Below, piece by piece: positions 35,435-43,845 of a stretch of DNA of 49,919 nt. This DNA is from a bacterium BMS3Abin15. Its GTDB lineage: Bacteria; Patescibacteriota; Minisyncoccia; Moranbacterales; 2-12-FULL-40-10. Location of the stretch: assembly GCA_002923195.1 (NCBI GenBank), contig BDTH01000047.1, positions 1-49,919 on the forward strand. Reading direction: 5' to 3'. A program made the translations under genes and the position numbers. The stretch's first letter is position 1, and each line of letters starts with the position of its first letter. The notes under the pieces are model-generated. The model had not been told where the DNA came from. It searched no databases and was given only the letters and a program-made list of their open reading frames with translations.

Positions 35435-37075
35435 ATGAAGAATAATAAAAAGTACATATTTGTCATTGGGGGAGTAATGAGCGGCGTCGGGAAGGGCGTC
35501 ACCACTTCTTCGGTTGGAACAATTCTCAAAGCCAGAGGATTTAACGTTACGGCTCTTAAAATTGATCCCTATATAAATGTTGATGCCGGAACAATGAATC
35601 CGACAGAACATGGAGAAGTTTTTGTTTTGGATGATGGAGATGAAACTGATCAGGATATGGGGAATTATGAGCGCTTTATGAACGTAACTTTGCCGAGAAT
35701 GAACTATATGACCACTGGTAGAGTATACGAGTCAGTAATTCACCGTGAAAGAAACTTAGAATATGAAGGAAAATGCGTTGAGGTTGTTCCTCATATTCCA
35801 TTGGAAGTAATAGGCCGGATTGAAAAGGCCACCAAAAAAGCCAAAGCCGATATCGCCATTATTGAAATTGGCGGAACAGTAGGTGAATATCAAAACATTC
35901 TCTTTCTTGAAGCAGCCAGGATGATGAAAATAAAACATCCCGACAACGTTTTGTTTGTCCTGGTGAGTTACCTTCCGATTCCGTCAAAAGTGGGGGAGAT
36001 GAAAACAAAACCGACCCAGCATGCGGTGAGGACATTAAACAGCGCAGGTATCCAGCCGGACGTAATAATTGCCAGGAGCGACACTTTTCTGGACCAGAAG
36101 AGGAAGGAAAAGATTGCTATGTTCTGCAATATTCCTGAACGCTATGTGATATCCGCGCCGGACATTGAATCAATCTATGAGGTACCCCTAAATTTTGAAC
36201 GTGATGATTTGAGCCGGCTCATTCTTAAGAAACTCGGGCTTAAGTATAAAAAAACCAATTTGAAAGAGTGGTATGGTTTGGTAGATAAGGTCAAGAAAGC
36301 CAAAAAAGAATTAAGAATAGGAGTGGTTGGAAAATATTTCGGAACAGGAGATTTTATCTTGAAAGACTCTTATATAAGCGTGCTGGAGGCAATTAAGCAT
36401 GCTTGCTTTAAACTTAACTTAAAGCCAAAAATAGATTGGATTAACAGCGAGCAGTTTGAAAAAGAGCCGCGAGAAATAGGAGAAATAAGCGAATATGATG
36501 GAATAATAATCCCGGGCGGTTTTGGCTCGCGGGGCATTGAGGGAAAAATAAAGGTGATTAATTACTGTCGCAAGAATAAAATTCCATTCTTCGGGCTTTG
36601 CTACGGAATGCAATTAGCGGTTATTGAATATGCGAGAAACGTTTTGAAATTGAAAGATGCCAATTCTACGGAAGTGAATAGGAAAACAAAACACCCGGTT
36701 ATAGATATAATGCCAGAGCAAAAGAAGAACTTAGAAGATAAGAATTACGGAGCAACCATGCGCTTGGGTGCTTATCCGGCAAATTTAAAAAAAGAAAGTA
36801 TAGCCTACGATGCTTACGGAAAAAGAAGAATATCGGAGCGACATAGGCACCGTTGGGAGGTAAATCCTGATTATGTAAAAAGGTTGGAAAAGGAAGGTCT
36901 TGTGTTTTCTGGCGTGTCACCAGACAGGCGATTAATGGAGATCGTCGAGCTTCCAAGAAAAAATCATCCGTTTTTCCTAGCTACTCAGTTTCATCCGGAG
37001 TTTAAGTCATCTCCATTGCGATCGCATCCGTTGTTTTTTGAATTTATTAAGGCTTGCAAGAAAAGGAAAAAATAA
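35435..37075 (+). CDS. pyrG: CTP synthase
   Basis: GGVMSGVGKG, DPYINVDAGTMNPTEHGEVFV, GLCYGMQ, ERHRHR, QFHPE. Confidence 0.98.
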   Translation: MKNNKKYIFVIGGVMSGVGKGVTTSSVGTILKARGFNVTALKIDPYINVDAGTMNPTEHGEVFVLDDGDETDQDMGNYERFMNVTLPRMNYMTTGRVYESVIHRERNLEYEGKCVEVVPHIPLEVIGRIEKATKKAKADIAIIEIGGTVGEYQNILFLEAARMMKIKHPDNVLFVLVSYLPIPSKVGEMKTKPTQHAVRTLNSAGIQPDVIIARSDTFLDQKRKEKIAMFCNIPERYVISAPDIESIYEVPLNFERDDLSRLILKKLGLKYKKTNLKEWYGLVDKVKKAKKELRIGVVGKYFGTGDFILKDSYISVLEAIKHACFKLNLKPKIDWINSEQFEKEPREIGEISEYDGIIIPGGFGSRGIEGKIKVINYCRKNKIPFFGLCYGMQLAVIEYARNVLKLKDANSTEVNRKTKHPVIDIMPEQKKNLEDKNYGATMRLGAYPANLKKESIAYDAYGKRRISERHRHRWEVNPDYVKRLEKEGLVFSGVSPDRRLMEIVELPRKNHPFFLATQFHPEFKSSPLRSHPLFFEFIKACKKRKK

Positions 37076-37129
37076 ATCCCCGCAAACTTTCATATACGGA
37101 TAAAAAATATTTATGATAGCGGAAATATT

Positions 37130-37159
37130 AAAAGCGACTTATAACTTAAGTCGCTTTTT
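37130..37159. terminator. Bidirectional terminator between pyrG and rpmA
   Basis: AAAAGCGACTTA-TAACT-TAAGTCGCTTTT. Confidence 0.75.
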
Positions 37160-37182
37160 GCTATAATATAAAAGTATCACAA

Positions 37183-37485
37183 TTATTTTTTGATTGCAGT
37201 TTTAACCATTTTTTCTTCCACGCTGACAAACCTTCTTTTTACCAGTTTTCCGGTATAGTTCCTAACCTTTTTAGCTGTAAATTTTACAAATCCGTTTTTT
37301 AGGGCGAACAGAGTGTCGTCTTCTCCGCGTTTAACATTTTCTCCGGGATGAAATTTTGTTCCGCGCTGGCGAACTATAATGTTTCCCGTGCTAACTTTTT
37401 GATTACCAAAAATCTTAACGCCCAAGCGCTTTGATATTGAATCTCGTCCTAATTGCGTTGACCCGCCGGCTTTACGATGTGCCAT
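37183..37485 (-). CDS. rpmA: 50S ribosomal protein L27 (start moved to MAHRK)
   Basis: [16 protein letters not shown]; [13 protein letters not shown]. Confidence 0.97.
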   Translation of the reverse strand: MAHRKAGGSTQLGRDSISKRLGVKIFGNQKVSTGNIIVRQRGTKFHPGENVKRGEDDTLFALKNGFVKFTAKKVRNYTGKLVKRRFVSVEEKMVKTAIKK

Positions 37486-37524
37486 TTTTGTCTGCGAGGC
37501 ACGAGTAGCTGCAAAAATGAGCAT

Positions 37525-37636
37525 CCCGCACCAATTCCCTGTAGTTAATTTATTATTTAATTTAGGCTAAGCCGCAGGCGATTCCGTGGTACAATTTATA
37601 AATCATTAATGACTTCATTCGGAATTTGGTGCGGGG
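37525..37636. repeat. CCCGCACCAA-terminated palindromic element in the rpmA leader
   Basis: CCCGCACCAATTCC ... GGAATTTGGTGCGGGG. Confidence 0.7.
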
Positions 37637-37659
37637 AACCATACTAATATACGCAACTT

Positions 37660-37688
37660 AATATATCAAAAACAAAACAAATCGTCAA
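37660..37688 (-). promoter_or_regulatory. Putative sigma70 promoter of rpmA; -35 abuts a MITE-like element
   Basis: Minus strand TTGACG-17 nt-TATATT. Confidence 0.65.
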
Positions 37689-37756
37689 CCCCGCACTAAC
37701 TTGACATTTACAGAGCCAAAATTAGCGCTTTGCGCTAATGCCAAGTTAGTGCGGGG
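37689..37756. mobile_element. MITE-like element (CCCCGCACTAA subfamily)
   Basis: 15-bp IR CCCCGCACTAACTTG/CAAGTTAGTGCGGGG; exact TCAA/TCAA flanks; internal ATTAGCGC/GCGCTAAT hairpin. Confidence 0.85.
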
Positions 37757-37766
37757 TCAAGGATAA

Positions 37767-38264
37767 ATGGAAAATAAAGACAAAAAAGCCCTTAGATTTC
37801 ATCTGGGGAAGGCAAAAATCAAAGACTTTTTTACGAAATACGAGGCTAAAATAGCGTTGGCTATCGGGCTTGTTTTAGTGGCTGTAATATCCTTTGAGGT
37901 GGGGACTCTGCAGGGGCAAAATTGGCAACAAAAACCGCTAATTATAGAGAAGCCAATACAGGCGGAAAATAGCTCAGAAACAGCAGAAAACCTCTTAAAA
38001 ACGCAAAAATTAGCCTCTGAGAGCGTATCTCAGGAACTTGTAGCTGGAGATATTACTCAGAAAGACCCGTCTAAATCTGAGGTAAACCCGTCCAATTTAG
38101 CCGAGGCAGGTTGCGTTTTTGTAGGGAGTAAAAATTCCGATAAATATCATAAGACCAGTTGTTCATGGGCTACTAGGATAAAGCCGGAAAATAGGGTGTG
38201 TTTTAAGGATATGGAAGGTGCTAAAAATAAAGGATATGTCCCGGCCAGTTGTATGAAAAAATAA
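37767..38264 (+). CDS. Membrane-anchored protein with C-terminal Ada-type metal-binding domain
   Basis: TM at ~30-47; FVGSKNSDKYHKTSC...CF...A...GYVPASC. Confidence 0.75.
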   Translation: MENKDKKALRFHLGKAKIKDFFTKYEAKIALAIGLVLVAVISFEVGTLQGQNWQQKPLIIEKPIQAENSSETAENLLKTQKLASESVSQELVAGDITQKDPSKSEVNPSNLAEAGCVFVGSKNSDKYHKTSCSWATRIKPENRVCFKDMEGAKNKGYVPASCMKK

Positions 38265-38284
38265 ACCACGTAGATAAAAAATAC

Positions 38285-38313
38285 TTGATTTTTTAACTGG
38301 TGGATGCTATAAA
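38285..38313 (+). promoter_or_regulatory. Putative sigma70 promoter of purE-purC
   Basis: TTGATT-17 nt-TATAAA with a TG extension. Confidence 0.55.
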
Positions 38314-38354
38314 TCTATCAAAGGAGGTAACCTAAAAAAGGGTTACTTTTATTT

Positions 38355-38376
38355 ATCCTGAGCATAGTCGAAGGAT
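38355..38376. repeat. CCTGAGC...GTCGAAGG hairpin repeat in the purE leader
   Basis: ATCCTGAGCATAGTCGAAGGAT. Confidence 0.45.
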
Positions 38377-38438
38377 TATTTAATAGGTTCATTGAAAATA
38401 TAAATAACTTAAACCAAAACTGAAAAGGAGGAAATGAG

Positions 38439-38990
38439 ATGAGAAAGATTGTAGTGATGATAGGGTCGGACAGTGACTTGCCGCAGTGTGAAGCCGGATT
38501 CAATTATCTTCTGGAAGCAGAAAAAAAGGGAATGGCAAAAGTTGTTAATGTCATTACAAATAGTATTCATCGCAATACGATGGACACTATCATGAATTTA
38601 AATGACCTGGCTGGACGGAGTGAGTGTTGCGCAGATGTTCTAATAGCCGGAGCCGGAATGGCAAATCATTTAACAGGAACTGCTGATGCTTATCTGCGAA
38701 ACTACCTTAAAAATGACGAAATAAAAGTCATAGGTGTGGCCTTTAAGGGCAAGACGGGAGAGGATACTCTAGCTGCTGTTTTGAGCATCGAGAAGATTCC
38801 GGGTACCCAGGTTATCTTCGATAGAAGAGATATGGTAGGGTCAGATGGATTTCTTAAAGCATGTGAGTTGGCAGTTATAGGGAATTTGCCTGAAATAAAA
38901 ATTCCGGAGGGGAAAAGCTGGAATAGAAGATCTCTTGAACGTGCAATTGAGAAGATGAAAGAAATAAAAAAAGAAAAGGGGGTGAAATAA
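38439..38990 (+). CDS. purE: Divergent PurE (AIR carboxylase / N5-CAIR mutase) family protein
   Basis: MIGSDSDLP, SIHRN, IAGAGMANHL; translationally coupled to purC. Confidence 0.8.
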   Translation: MRKIVVMIGSDSDLPQCEAGFNYLLEAEKKGMAKVVNVITNSIHRNTMDTIMNLNDLAGRSECCADVLIAGAGMANHLTGTADAYLRNYLKNDEIKVIGVAFKGKTGEDTLAAVLSIEKIPGTQVIFDRRDMVGSDGFLKACELAVIGNLPEIKIPEGKSWNRRSLERAIEKMKEIKKEKGVK

Positions 38991-39904
38991 TGGTAAAACG
39001 CGAGCCGTATGTTGATTGTCTGGAACTGTCTCATCAAGGCAAAGTAAGAGACACCTATCTTGTCCCGATTCATGACAAGTTGCTTCTAATGGTTGCTACT
39101 GATGCCATTAGTACTCATAACATAGTCCACGAGAACATGATTACCGGCAAGGGACATGTTCTTACTGCACTATCCATCTTTTTCGCAATGAAGATCATGC
39201 CTCTCAATGTTGATAACCACATAGTGGCCTTCGGTAAAAAAATATATGACTATTTGCCTAAGGACAGGACATATCCGGAAGATCTTCATTTGCGAGCACT
39301 GGTAATAAAGAAGTTAGAGATGATTGATGTCGAGTTCATCTGGCGGGCGTATATGGCGGGTAGCCTATGGAAGAAATACTACTCAAAGGGAAAGCCTAGT
39401 CCTTATGGATTAACACTTCCCCCGAATCTCTTACTGATGAGCCGCTTTGAAAATCCGATTTTTACCCCTACCGATAAATCTGAAGATGATGACCCGCTAA
39501 ACAACAAGCAGATTGAAGAAGACTATCCTAAAGCAACTGCTCTCAGTCTGGCAGTCTATAATGCCGGAAGAAAACACGCGAACAAATGTGGGATCGAGAT
39601 TATCGATTTCAAATGTGAGATTGGCAAAGATGAAGACGGATCCCTGGTACTGGGCGATGAATGGCTGAATGGGGATTGCTGCCGGTTTGTAGAGAAAGAC
39701 AAAATTGTTCTGGGACAGAATCCACCGTGGATGGACAAAGAGATTTTCAGAAAAGCTGCCGAAGAACAGTGGGGTGGCGGAGCTAAGATTCCAATTAAGT
39801 TTTCTCCAGAAGTCGTAGAGGAGGGGATCAAGGTATATCTTAAAGTCTTTGAGATTCTATCCAAGCTTCCACTGGAGCAGTTTCAAAAAGAATACCTTTC
39901 GTAA
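38990..39904 (+). CDS. purC: Divergent SAICAR synthetase
   Basis: HQGKVRD, GKG, PIFTPTDK, DFKCEIG, LGDE, RF, DKE. Confidence 0.85.
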   Translation: MVKREPYVDCLELSHQGKVRDTYLVPIHDKLLLMVATDAISTHNIVHENMITGKGHVLTALSIFFAMKIMPLNVDNHIVAFGKKIYDYLPKDRTYPEDLHLRALVIKKLEMIDVEFIWRAYMAGSLWKKYYSKGKPSPYGLTLPPNLLLMSRFENPIFTPTDKSEDDDPLNNKQIEEDYPKATALSLAVYNAGRKHANKCGIEIIDFKCEIGKDEDGSLVLGDEWLNGDCCRFVEKDKIVLGQNPPWMDKEIFRKAAEEQWGGGAKIPIKFSPEVVEEGIKVYLKVFEILSKLPLEQFQKEYLS

Positions 39905-39910
39905 TAAATC

Positions 39911-39944
39911 AAAAACCCTTTGGGAAATTTCCCAAAGGGTTTTT
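39911..39944. terminator. Bidirectional terminator, perfect 34-bp palindrome
   Basis: AAAAACCCTTTGGGAAA|TTTCCCAAAGGGTTTTT. Confidence 0.75.
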
Positions 39945-39955
39945 TGTCGCAAATG

Positions 39956-40072
39956 TTATTGCGAGACAAGCTTGATGAGCAAGGGGCTCTCGGCAATACT
40001 TGCGCCAAGACTCTCTACTGCAATTGCCTCCTTCTCTATAAATTTATCAATGTCCGATTCAGTTTTTTCCAT
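39956..40072 (-). CDS. 38-aa acidic microprotein (not in ORF track)
   Basis: AAGGGGGG SD-like; MEKTESDIDKFIEKEAIAVESLGASIAESPLLIKLVSQ*; own promoter and terminator. Confidence 0.55.
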   Translation of the reverse strand: MEKTESDIDKFIEKEAIAVESLGASIAESPLLIKLVSQ

Positions 40073-40132
40073 CCTTGTACAACCCCCCTTCTGTTTGTTT
40101 TATGTTTTTATCATTAAATTGTCACAAAGAAC

Positions 40133-40161
40133 AGCTTATCATAATGGGAAAATATTGTCAA
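40133..40161 (-). promoter_or_regulatory. Putative sigma70 promoter of the 38-aa ORF
   Basis: Minus strand TTGACA-17 nt-TAAGCT with a TG extension. Confidence 0.6.
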
Positions 40162-40225
40162 TCCCGGCGGCTGGCTCAGGCGTACTGCGCAGAACAATGA
40201 TCTTGCCCAGCTCCTGCCGCCGGGA
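40162..40225. repeat. GC-rich palindromic element flanked by GTCAA direct repeats
   Basis: GTCAA|TCCCGGCGGC ... GCCGCCGGGA|GTCAA. Confidence 0.7.
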
Positions 40226-40271
40226 GTCAAGCATCATTTAATACTGCCTAATTTCGCTAATATTTCAAAAT

Positions 40272-40305
40272 AAGAATCCCTTGGAAATTTTTCCAAGGGA
40301 TTCTT
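40272..40305. terminator. Terminator, near-copy of 39911-39944
   Basis: AAGAATCCCTTGGAAA-TT-TTTCCAAGGGATTCTT. Confidence 0.7.
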
Positions 40306-40310
40306 GTTGT

Positions 40311-40502
40311 CTAATTTGATGTTACTATTTTTTTAGCTTCGTTCCATGCTTTTTCTACATCAGATCCACTAAGACCGAGAACCTCTTCCACCGCCTTAAA
40401 TGTTGCAAGCTCTTCAACCTCTTGAGGACTACCGGGTTGAAGCATGGATAAGGCAAGTTTGTTCACATAATTATCAAATCCTTGTTCAACAGTTGCGATC
40501 AT
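40311..40502 (-). CDS. Hypothetical protein, 63 aa
   Basis: AAGGGGGTG SD upstream; helical, acidic sequence; terminator downstream. Confidence 0.65.
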   Translation of the reverse strand: MIATVEQGFDNYVNKLALSMLQPGSPQEVEELATFKAVEEVLGLSGSDVEKAWNEAKKIVTSN

Positions 40503-40767
40503 AAAAAAACACCCCCTTGTTTTTAAATTATTTTTATTTTAATGCTTCCGGTTTTATAGTAATGGGGTAAAGTAATATATATTACACGTCTAGCGTCTGT
40601 GATATTTCAAAAGCATTGTCGTTTGTGCAGGAGCTAGCTCCCTCCAAAGGCGGGCGGGCCTGCACGGGCTAAAGTGTTTGACAATGGACTAATTTTGCTT
40701 TAATATAATTCATTAACGACAACTTGTTATTTTAAATAAAAAATATCAAAAAAGAAAAGGGGGTATT

Positions 40768-41076
40768 ATGCAGAAGTGGAAGCTGACAGTATCTATTGGC
40801 ATTTATATATTCCACAAAAACTCACTATCCAAGGAAAGCAAGGACAGGTTGAAGAAAAAAGTCAGCAATATTTGTAAAAGGATAAATTCAAATTCAAAGC
40901 TGGTAATGAGAGGAGGTGGCGACTCTATTTGGGCGGAAGCCAAGTGGATGTTTTCATCCAAGAGCAAAACAAAGGCAACTGCTGAAAGAAAAAGGCTGAT
41001 AAATAGATACGTCATTCCTGCTATTAGAGGAAATGGTCTGCGCATAATGAGTCATGAATTGAGAAAAATAAAATAG
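40768..41076 (+). CDS. Hypothetical basic protein, 102 aa
   Basis: AAGGGGG SD; TTGACA-17-TAATAT at 40678-40706. Confidence 0.65.
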   Translation: MQKWKLTVSIGIYIFHKNSLSKESKDRLKKKVSNICKRINSNSKLVMRGGGDSIWAEAKWMFSSKSKTKATAERKRLINRYVIPAIRGNGLRIMSHELRKIK

Positions 41077-41167
41077 AAATATCATCGAGCTCTGTTAAAT
41101 AACAGAGCTCTTATTTTCTGTGCTATAATTTAAATACTTATTTTAATACCTATTTCAAAAATATATG

Positions 41168-41317
41168 CCCCGTAGTGAAAATTCAAAAGATTATATAAAC
41201 TTGCATAGCTTATAGCATAAAATTACGCGGGCAGATAAATTAACACAGGATAACAAAAACTAAACAACTTATCAGAAATCATTTCGGGCTATGCCCATTT
41301 GAATTTCTACTACGGGG
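41168..41317. mobile_element. MITE-like element (CCCCGTAGT subfamily) abutting the NUDIX start codon
   Basis: CCCCGTAGTGAAAATTCAAA ... TTTGAATTTCTACTACGGGG; same termini as 45735-45802. Confidence 0.8.
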
Positions 41318-41834
41318 ATGCCGGCGGAAAAAATTAGCATTGATAATGCGAAAAAAGAAAAACTTTTTTATTTTGTGGCTAACGTGGTTATTTACCGTGA
41401 AAGCGATAAACGCTGTTTGATTTTGAAAAGAGATGAACGGGAAAAAGTTCATCCGGGAAGATATGGCGTTCCGGGGGGGCAAGCTAGAATGGAAAGACAT
41501 GGATATTACCAAGCCGACCAGAATTAACGGCGATGTTTTGGACTTTGAAGACGCAGTGGAAGATTTATTAAAAAGAGAAGCTATGGAGGAAGCGGGAGTG
41601 GAAATTGAAGGTGATTTGAAATATATAAACAGCGTGGCTTTTGTCCGGCCGGATGAAACACCGGTAATCCTGGTTAAGCTCGCCGCTAAATATAAAAGTG
41701 GGGAAGTGAAGCTGGAAAAAGACGCTTTCACTGATCATGTCTGGGTGAATGAGGAAGAGGTGAAAAGCTACGAATGCATTGACGGAATAAAAAAGGAAAT
41801 AGCCAGAACTATAAATTTATATAAATTTATATAA
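41318..41834 (+). pseudogene. NUDIX hydrolase split by a +1 frameshift in a G7 tract
   Basis: Frame 1 ...LILKR...HPGRYGVPGG, frame 2 GGKLE...REAMEEAG (Nudix box); G run 41473-41479 is one base too long. Confidence 0.8.
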
Positions 41835-41877
41835 AAATTAAATTGATTAAAGTTTTAAAATCTGCTAGAATTATTAT

Positions 41878-42417
41878 ATGAAAAATTTCAGAAGCGATAT
41901 TTTTCAATATCTGGGACCTCTTACTTGGAAAGAGGTTTTTGATATGTGGAAAAAAGATGATACTAGCCAAGCGAGCATTGAAACTTATTATCAAAGCAAA
42001 GGATTTCATTCCTGGGAAGATTGGTCTAATACTTACACACAACCGCTCAAATGCTCCGAAGCTAATTGGCATTTGTATGAAATTTTTAGGCCTGAAAAAA
42101 ATGTTCCTAATTTTTATGGAGGGCCTTTCAGGGAATGGGTTGATAATTTTTATGAGGGAAAGAGTATTGTTGAATTCTCAGAGCTTATTAAGTCGCCGTC
42201 AATCAGAAAAAATAAAATAATAAGTGATTTAGTAAATGATTTTCCCAAGAGCACAGTGTTGACTGGGTTGATAATTGACGGAAAGATCGTGATACTTGAA
42301 GGAATGCACCGCTGTTGTGCTCTGGCTTTGATAAATGAAAAGAAAGATGTGATCAGCGGAAAAATTAGTATTGCTTTAGCCGAATATACAGGAAAAGGAT
42401 TGCCAATTGTTGGGTAG
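41878..42417 (+). CDS. Hypothetical protein with a ParB/Srx-like (D/E)GxHR motif
   Basis: IVILEGMHRCCALA near the C-terminus. Confidence 0.6.
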   Translation: MKNFRSDIFQYLGPLTWKEVFDMWKKDDTSQASIETYYQSKGFHSWEDWSNTYTQPLKCSEANWHLYEIFRPEKNVPNFYGGPFREWVDNFYEGKSIVEFSELIKSPSIRKNKIISDLVNDFPKSTVLTGLIIDGKIVILEGMHRCCALALINEKKDVISGKISIALAEYTGKGLPIVG

Positions 42418-42423
42418 AAAATC

Positions 42424-42460
42424 AAAAAGAGCTTACTTAGACTTCTAAGTAAGCTCTTTT
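42424..42460. terminator. Bidirectional terminator
   Basis: AAAAGAGCTTACTTAGA-CT-TCTAAGTAAGCTCTTTT. Confidence 0.75.
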
Positions 42461-42477
42461 ATTTTTTAGCAACATCG

Positions 42478-43527
42478 TTAGTTGCTGTCAGGCAGAGTAA
42501 ACACGAACTCCGGATGGTCGTCGAGTGAGTTTTGGTACCATATCTTGCCGCCATGCCTTTCAATGAGCTTTCTGGCAACATACAGGCCAATACCAGTGCT
42601 GTTTTTACTGTGGAACTTTTCGAAAATTTTATCCTTTTCTTTGTCGGATATAACAGGTCCGTCATTCCAAACAATTATTAGTATCTCGTTGTGTCCGCGT
42701 TCGTATCCTATTGCAATCTTACCGCCCTTTCCACCGTGCTTTATTCCGTTTCCAATAAGGGTTTTGAGGACGGCCTTAAGCCAAGTTTTATTGGCTTCTA
42801 CAGTAATCACGTTGCCGGGAATACTCCCAAGCTTGTTGTCTATAGTGATTTGGTTTTCTATAATTTCCGGGTTAACTTCTTCAAGTACACGGTCAATAAT
42901 GTCTTGGCGCAGATCAAGCTTTTCTTTCTTAGGAATCTTCGCGTCAATAAGCGACGACTTACTCAAATAGTCAGTCACAACATTTATCAAGGTTCCGATA
43001 CGGTGAAACAACTCTTCTACCGTCTTCCTTGCGCTTTCGTCTATCTTACCATACGCTCCACGTTGAAGTAATTTTAGCACAAATTGAATCGACACGAGAG
43101 GTCCTCTTATTTCGTGAGTCGCAGTGCTTAACATATCAAGGATGCCTTTTTCAATAGCAATTCTTTCGGTGATGTCGCGCGAAATTCCAATTAATCCGAT
43201 AATTTCTCCGGTATCGTTTTTCCAGGGCGTTTTTGATACTGACACATAGACTTCACTTCTGTCCGGGCGGGTTATTTTTTCAATCTTGTCCTTAATAGGG
43301 GTTCCGGTTTCCATTACTTTTTTGTCATCAGAATGAGCTATTTCCGCCTGGTCCATTGGCAAGAAATCAAAATCAGTTTTACCTATCATTTCTTTGTAAT
43401 CAACCCCGTACTTTTCAGCCTTAGCCTCGCTTACCATCAAAAATCTGCCCTCGCGGTCCTTGAAATATACGGAATCCGGAGTGTTTCCCATGAGAGCAAG
43501 CAACATCTCGTCATATCTATCTTTCAT
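42478..43527 (-). CDS. Soluble PAS-domain sensor histidine kinase
   Basis: PAS (PDSVYFKDREGRF, GKTDFDF, GLIGISRDITE), H-box ATHEIRGPL, N-box IGNGIKH, DGP, TGIGL. Confidence 0.9.
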   Translation of the reverse strand: MKDRYDEMLLALMGNTPDSVYFKDREGRFLMVSEAKAEKYGVDYKEMIGKTDFDFLPMDQAEIAHSDDKKVMETGTPIKDKIEKITRPDRSEVYVSVSKTPWKNDTGEIIGLIGISRDITERIAIEKGILDMLSTATHEIRGPLVSIQFVLKLLQRGAYGKIDESARKTVEELFHRIGTLINVVTDYLSKSSLIDAKIPKKEKLDLRQDIIDRVLEEVNPEIIENQITIDNKLGSIPGNVITVEANKTWLKAVLKTLIGNGIKHGGKGGKIAIGYERGHNEILIIVWNDGPVISDKEKDKIFEKFHSKNSTGIGLYVARKLIERHGGKIWYQNSLDDHPEFVFTLPDSN

Positions 43528-43620
43528 AACCGCCTCCTTTTTTTAATGAACTAAAAGATTAATACTACAACAGTTTTTTTATTTGTCAAGTTTAAGAGGC
43601 TAAATTGTCTGTCCCCATAA

Positions 43621-43660
43621 TGACGTACATACGAATGAACGTACGTCCGTATGTACGTCA
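43621..43660. repeat. ACGT-rich palindrome
   Basis: TGACGTACATACG-14 nt-CGTATGTACGTCA (perfect 13-bp arms). Confidence 0.75.
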
Positions 43661-43663
43661 AAT

Positions 43664-43699
43664 AAAAAAGCTCGGAATAATTTCTATCCCGAGCTTTTT
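43664..43699. terminator. Terminator downstream of the 35-aa ORF
   Basis: AAAAAAGCTCGG...CCGAGCTTTTT. Confidence 0.7.
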
Positions 43700-43700
43700 A

Positions 43701-43808
43701 TTATTTTACTGATTTAATTTTCGCGCGAAAGAATTTTAACAAAAGGGCAAACAATACGAAAAATACTGCAGAAGACAATATATCAGTAATGAGTATTATT
43801 AAATCCAT
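43701..43808 (-). CDS. 35-aa single-TM microprotein (not in ORF track)
   Basis: AAGGAGG SD; MDLIILITDILSSAVFFVLFALLLKFFRAKIKSVK*. Confidence 0.6.
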   Translation of the reverse strand: MDLIILITDILSSAVFFVLFALLLKFFRAKIKSVK

Positions 43809-43845
43809 TGTGCCTCCTTTAGTTCATTGTTAAATTACAAGTTTA

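Noticed and set aside
37486-37524. N-terminal extension [13 protein letters not shown] on L27
   Set aside because: It does not resemble the Prp-cleaved Firmicute L27 extension; the canonical MAHRK start is at 37485.
40157-40230. GC-rich hairpin as SRP (4.5S) RNA or ZTP riboswitch
   Set aside because: TCAGG...GCAG is present but there is no GNRA-capped domain IV at the hairpin apex. A CGCCUG-like stretch exists on the minus strand, but the GACUGGCG P1/J1 element is missing and no purine gene lies downstream.
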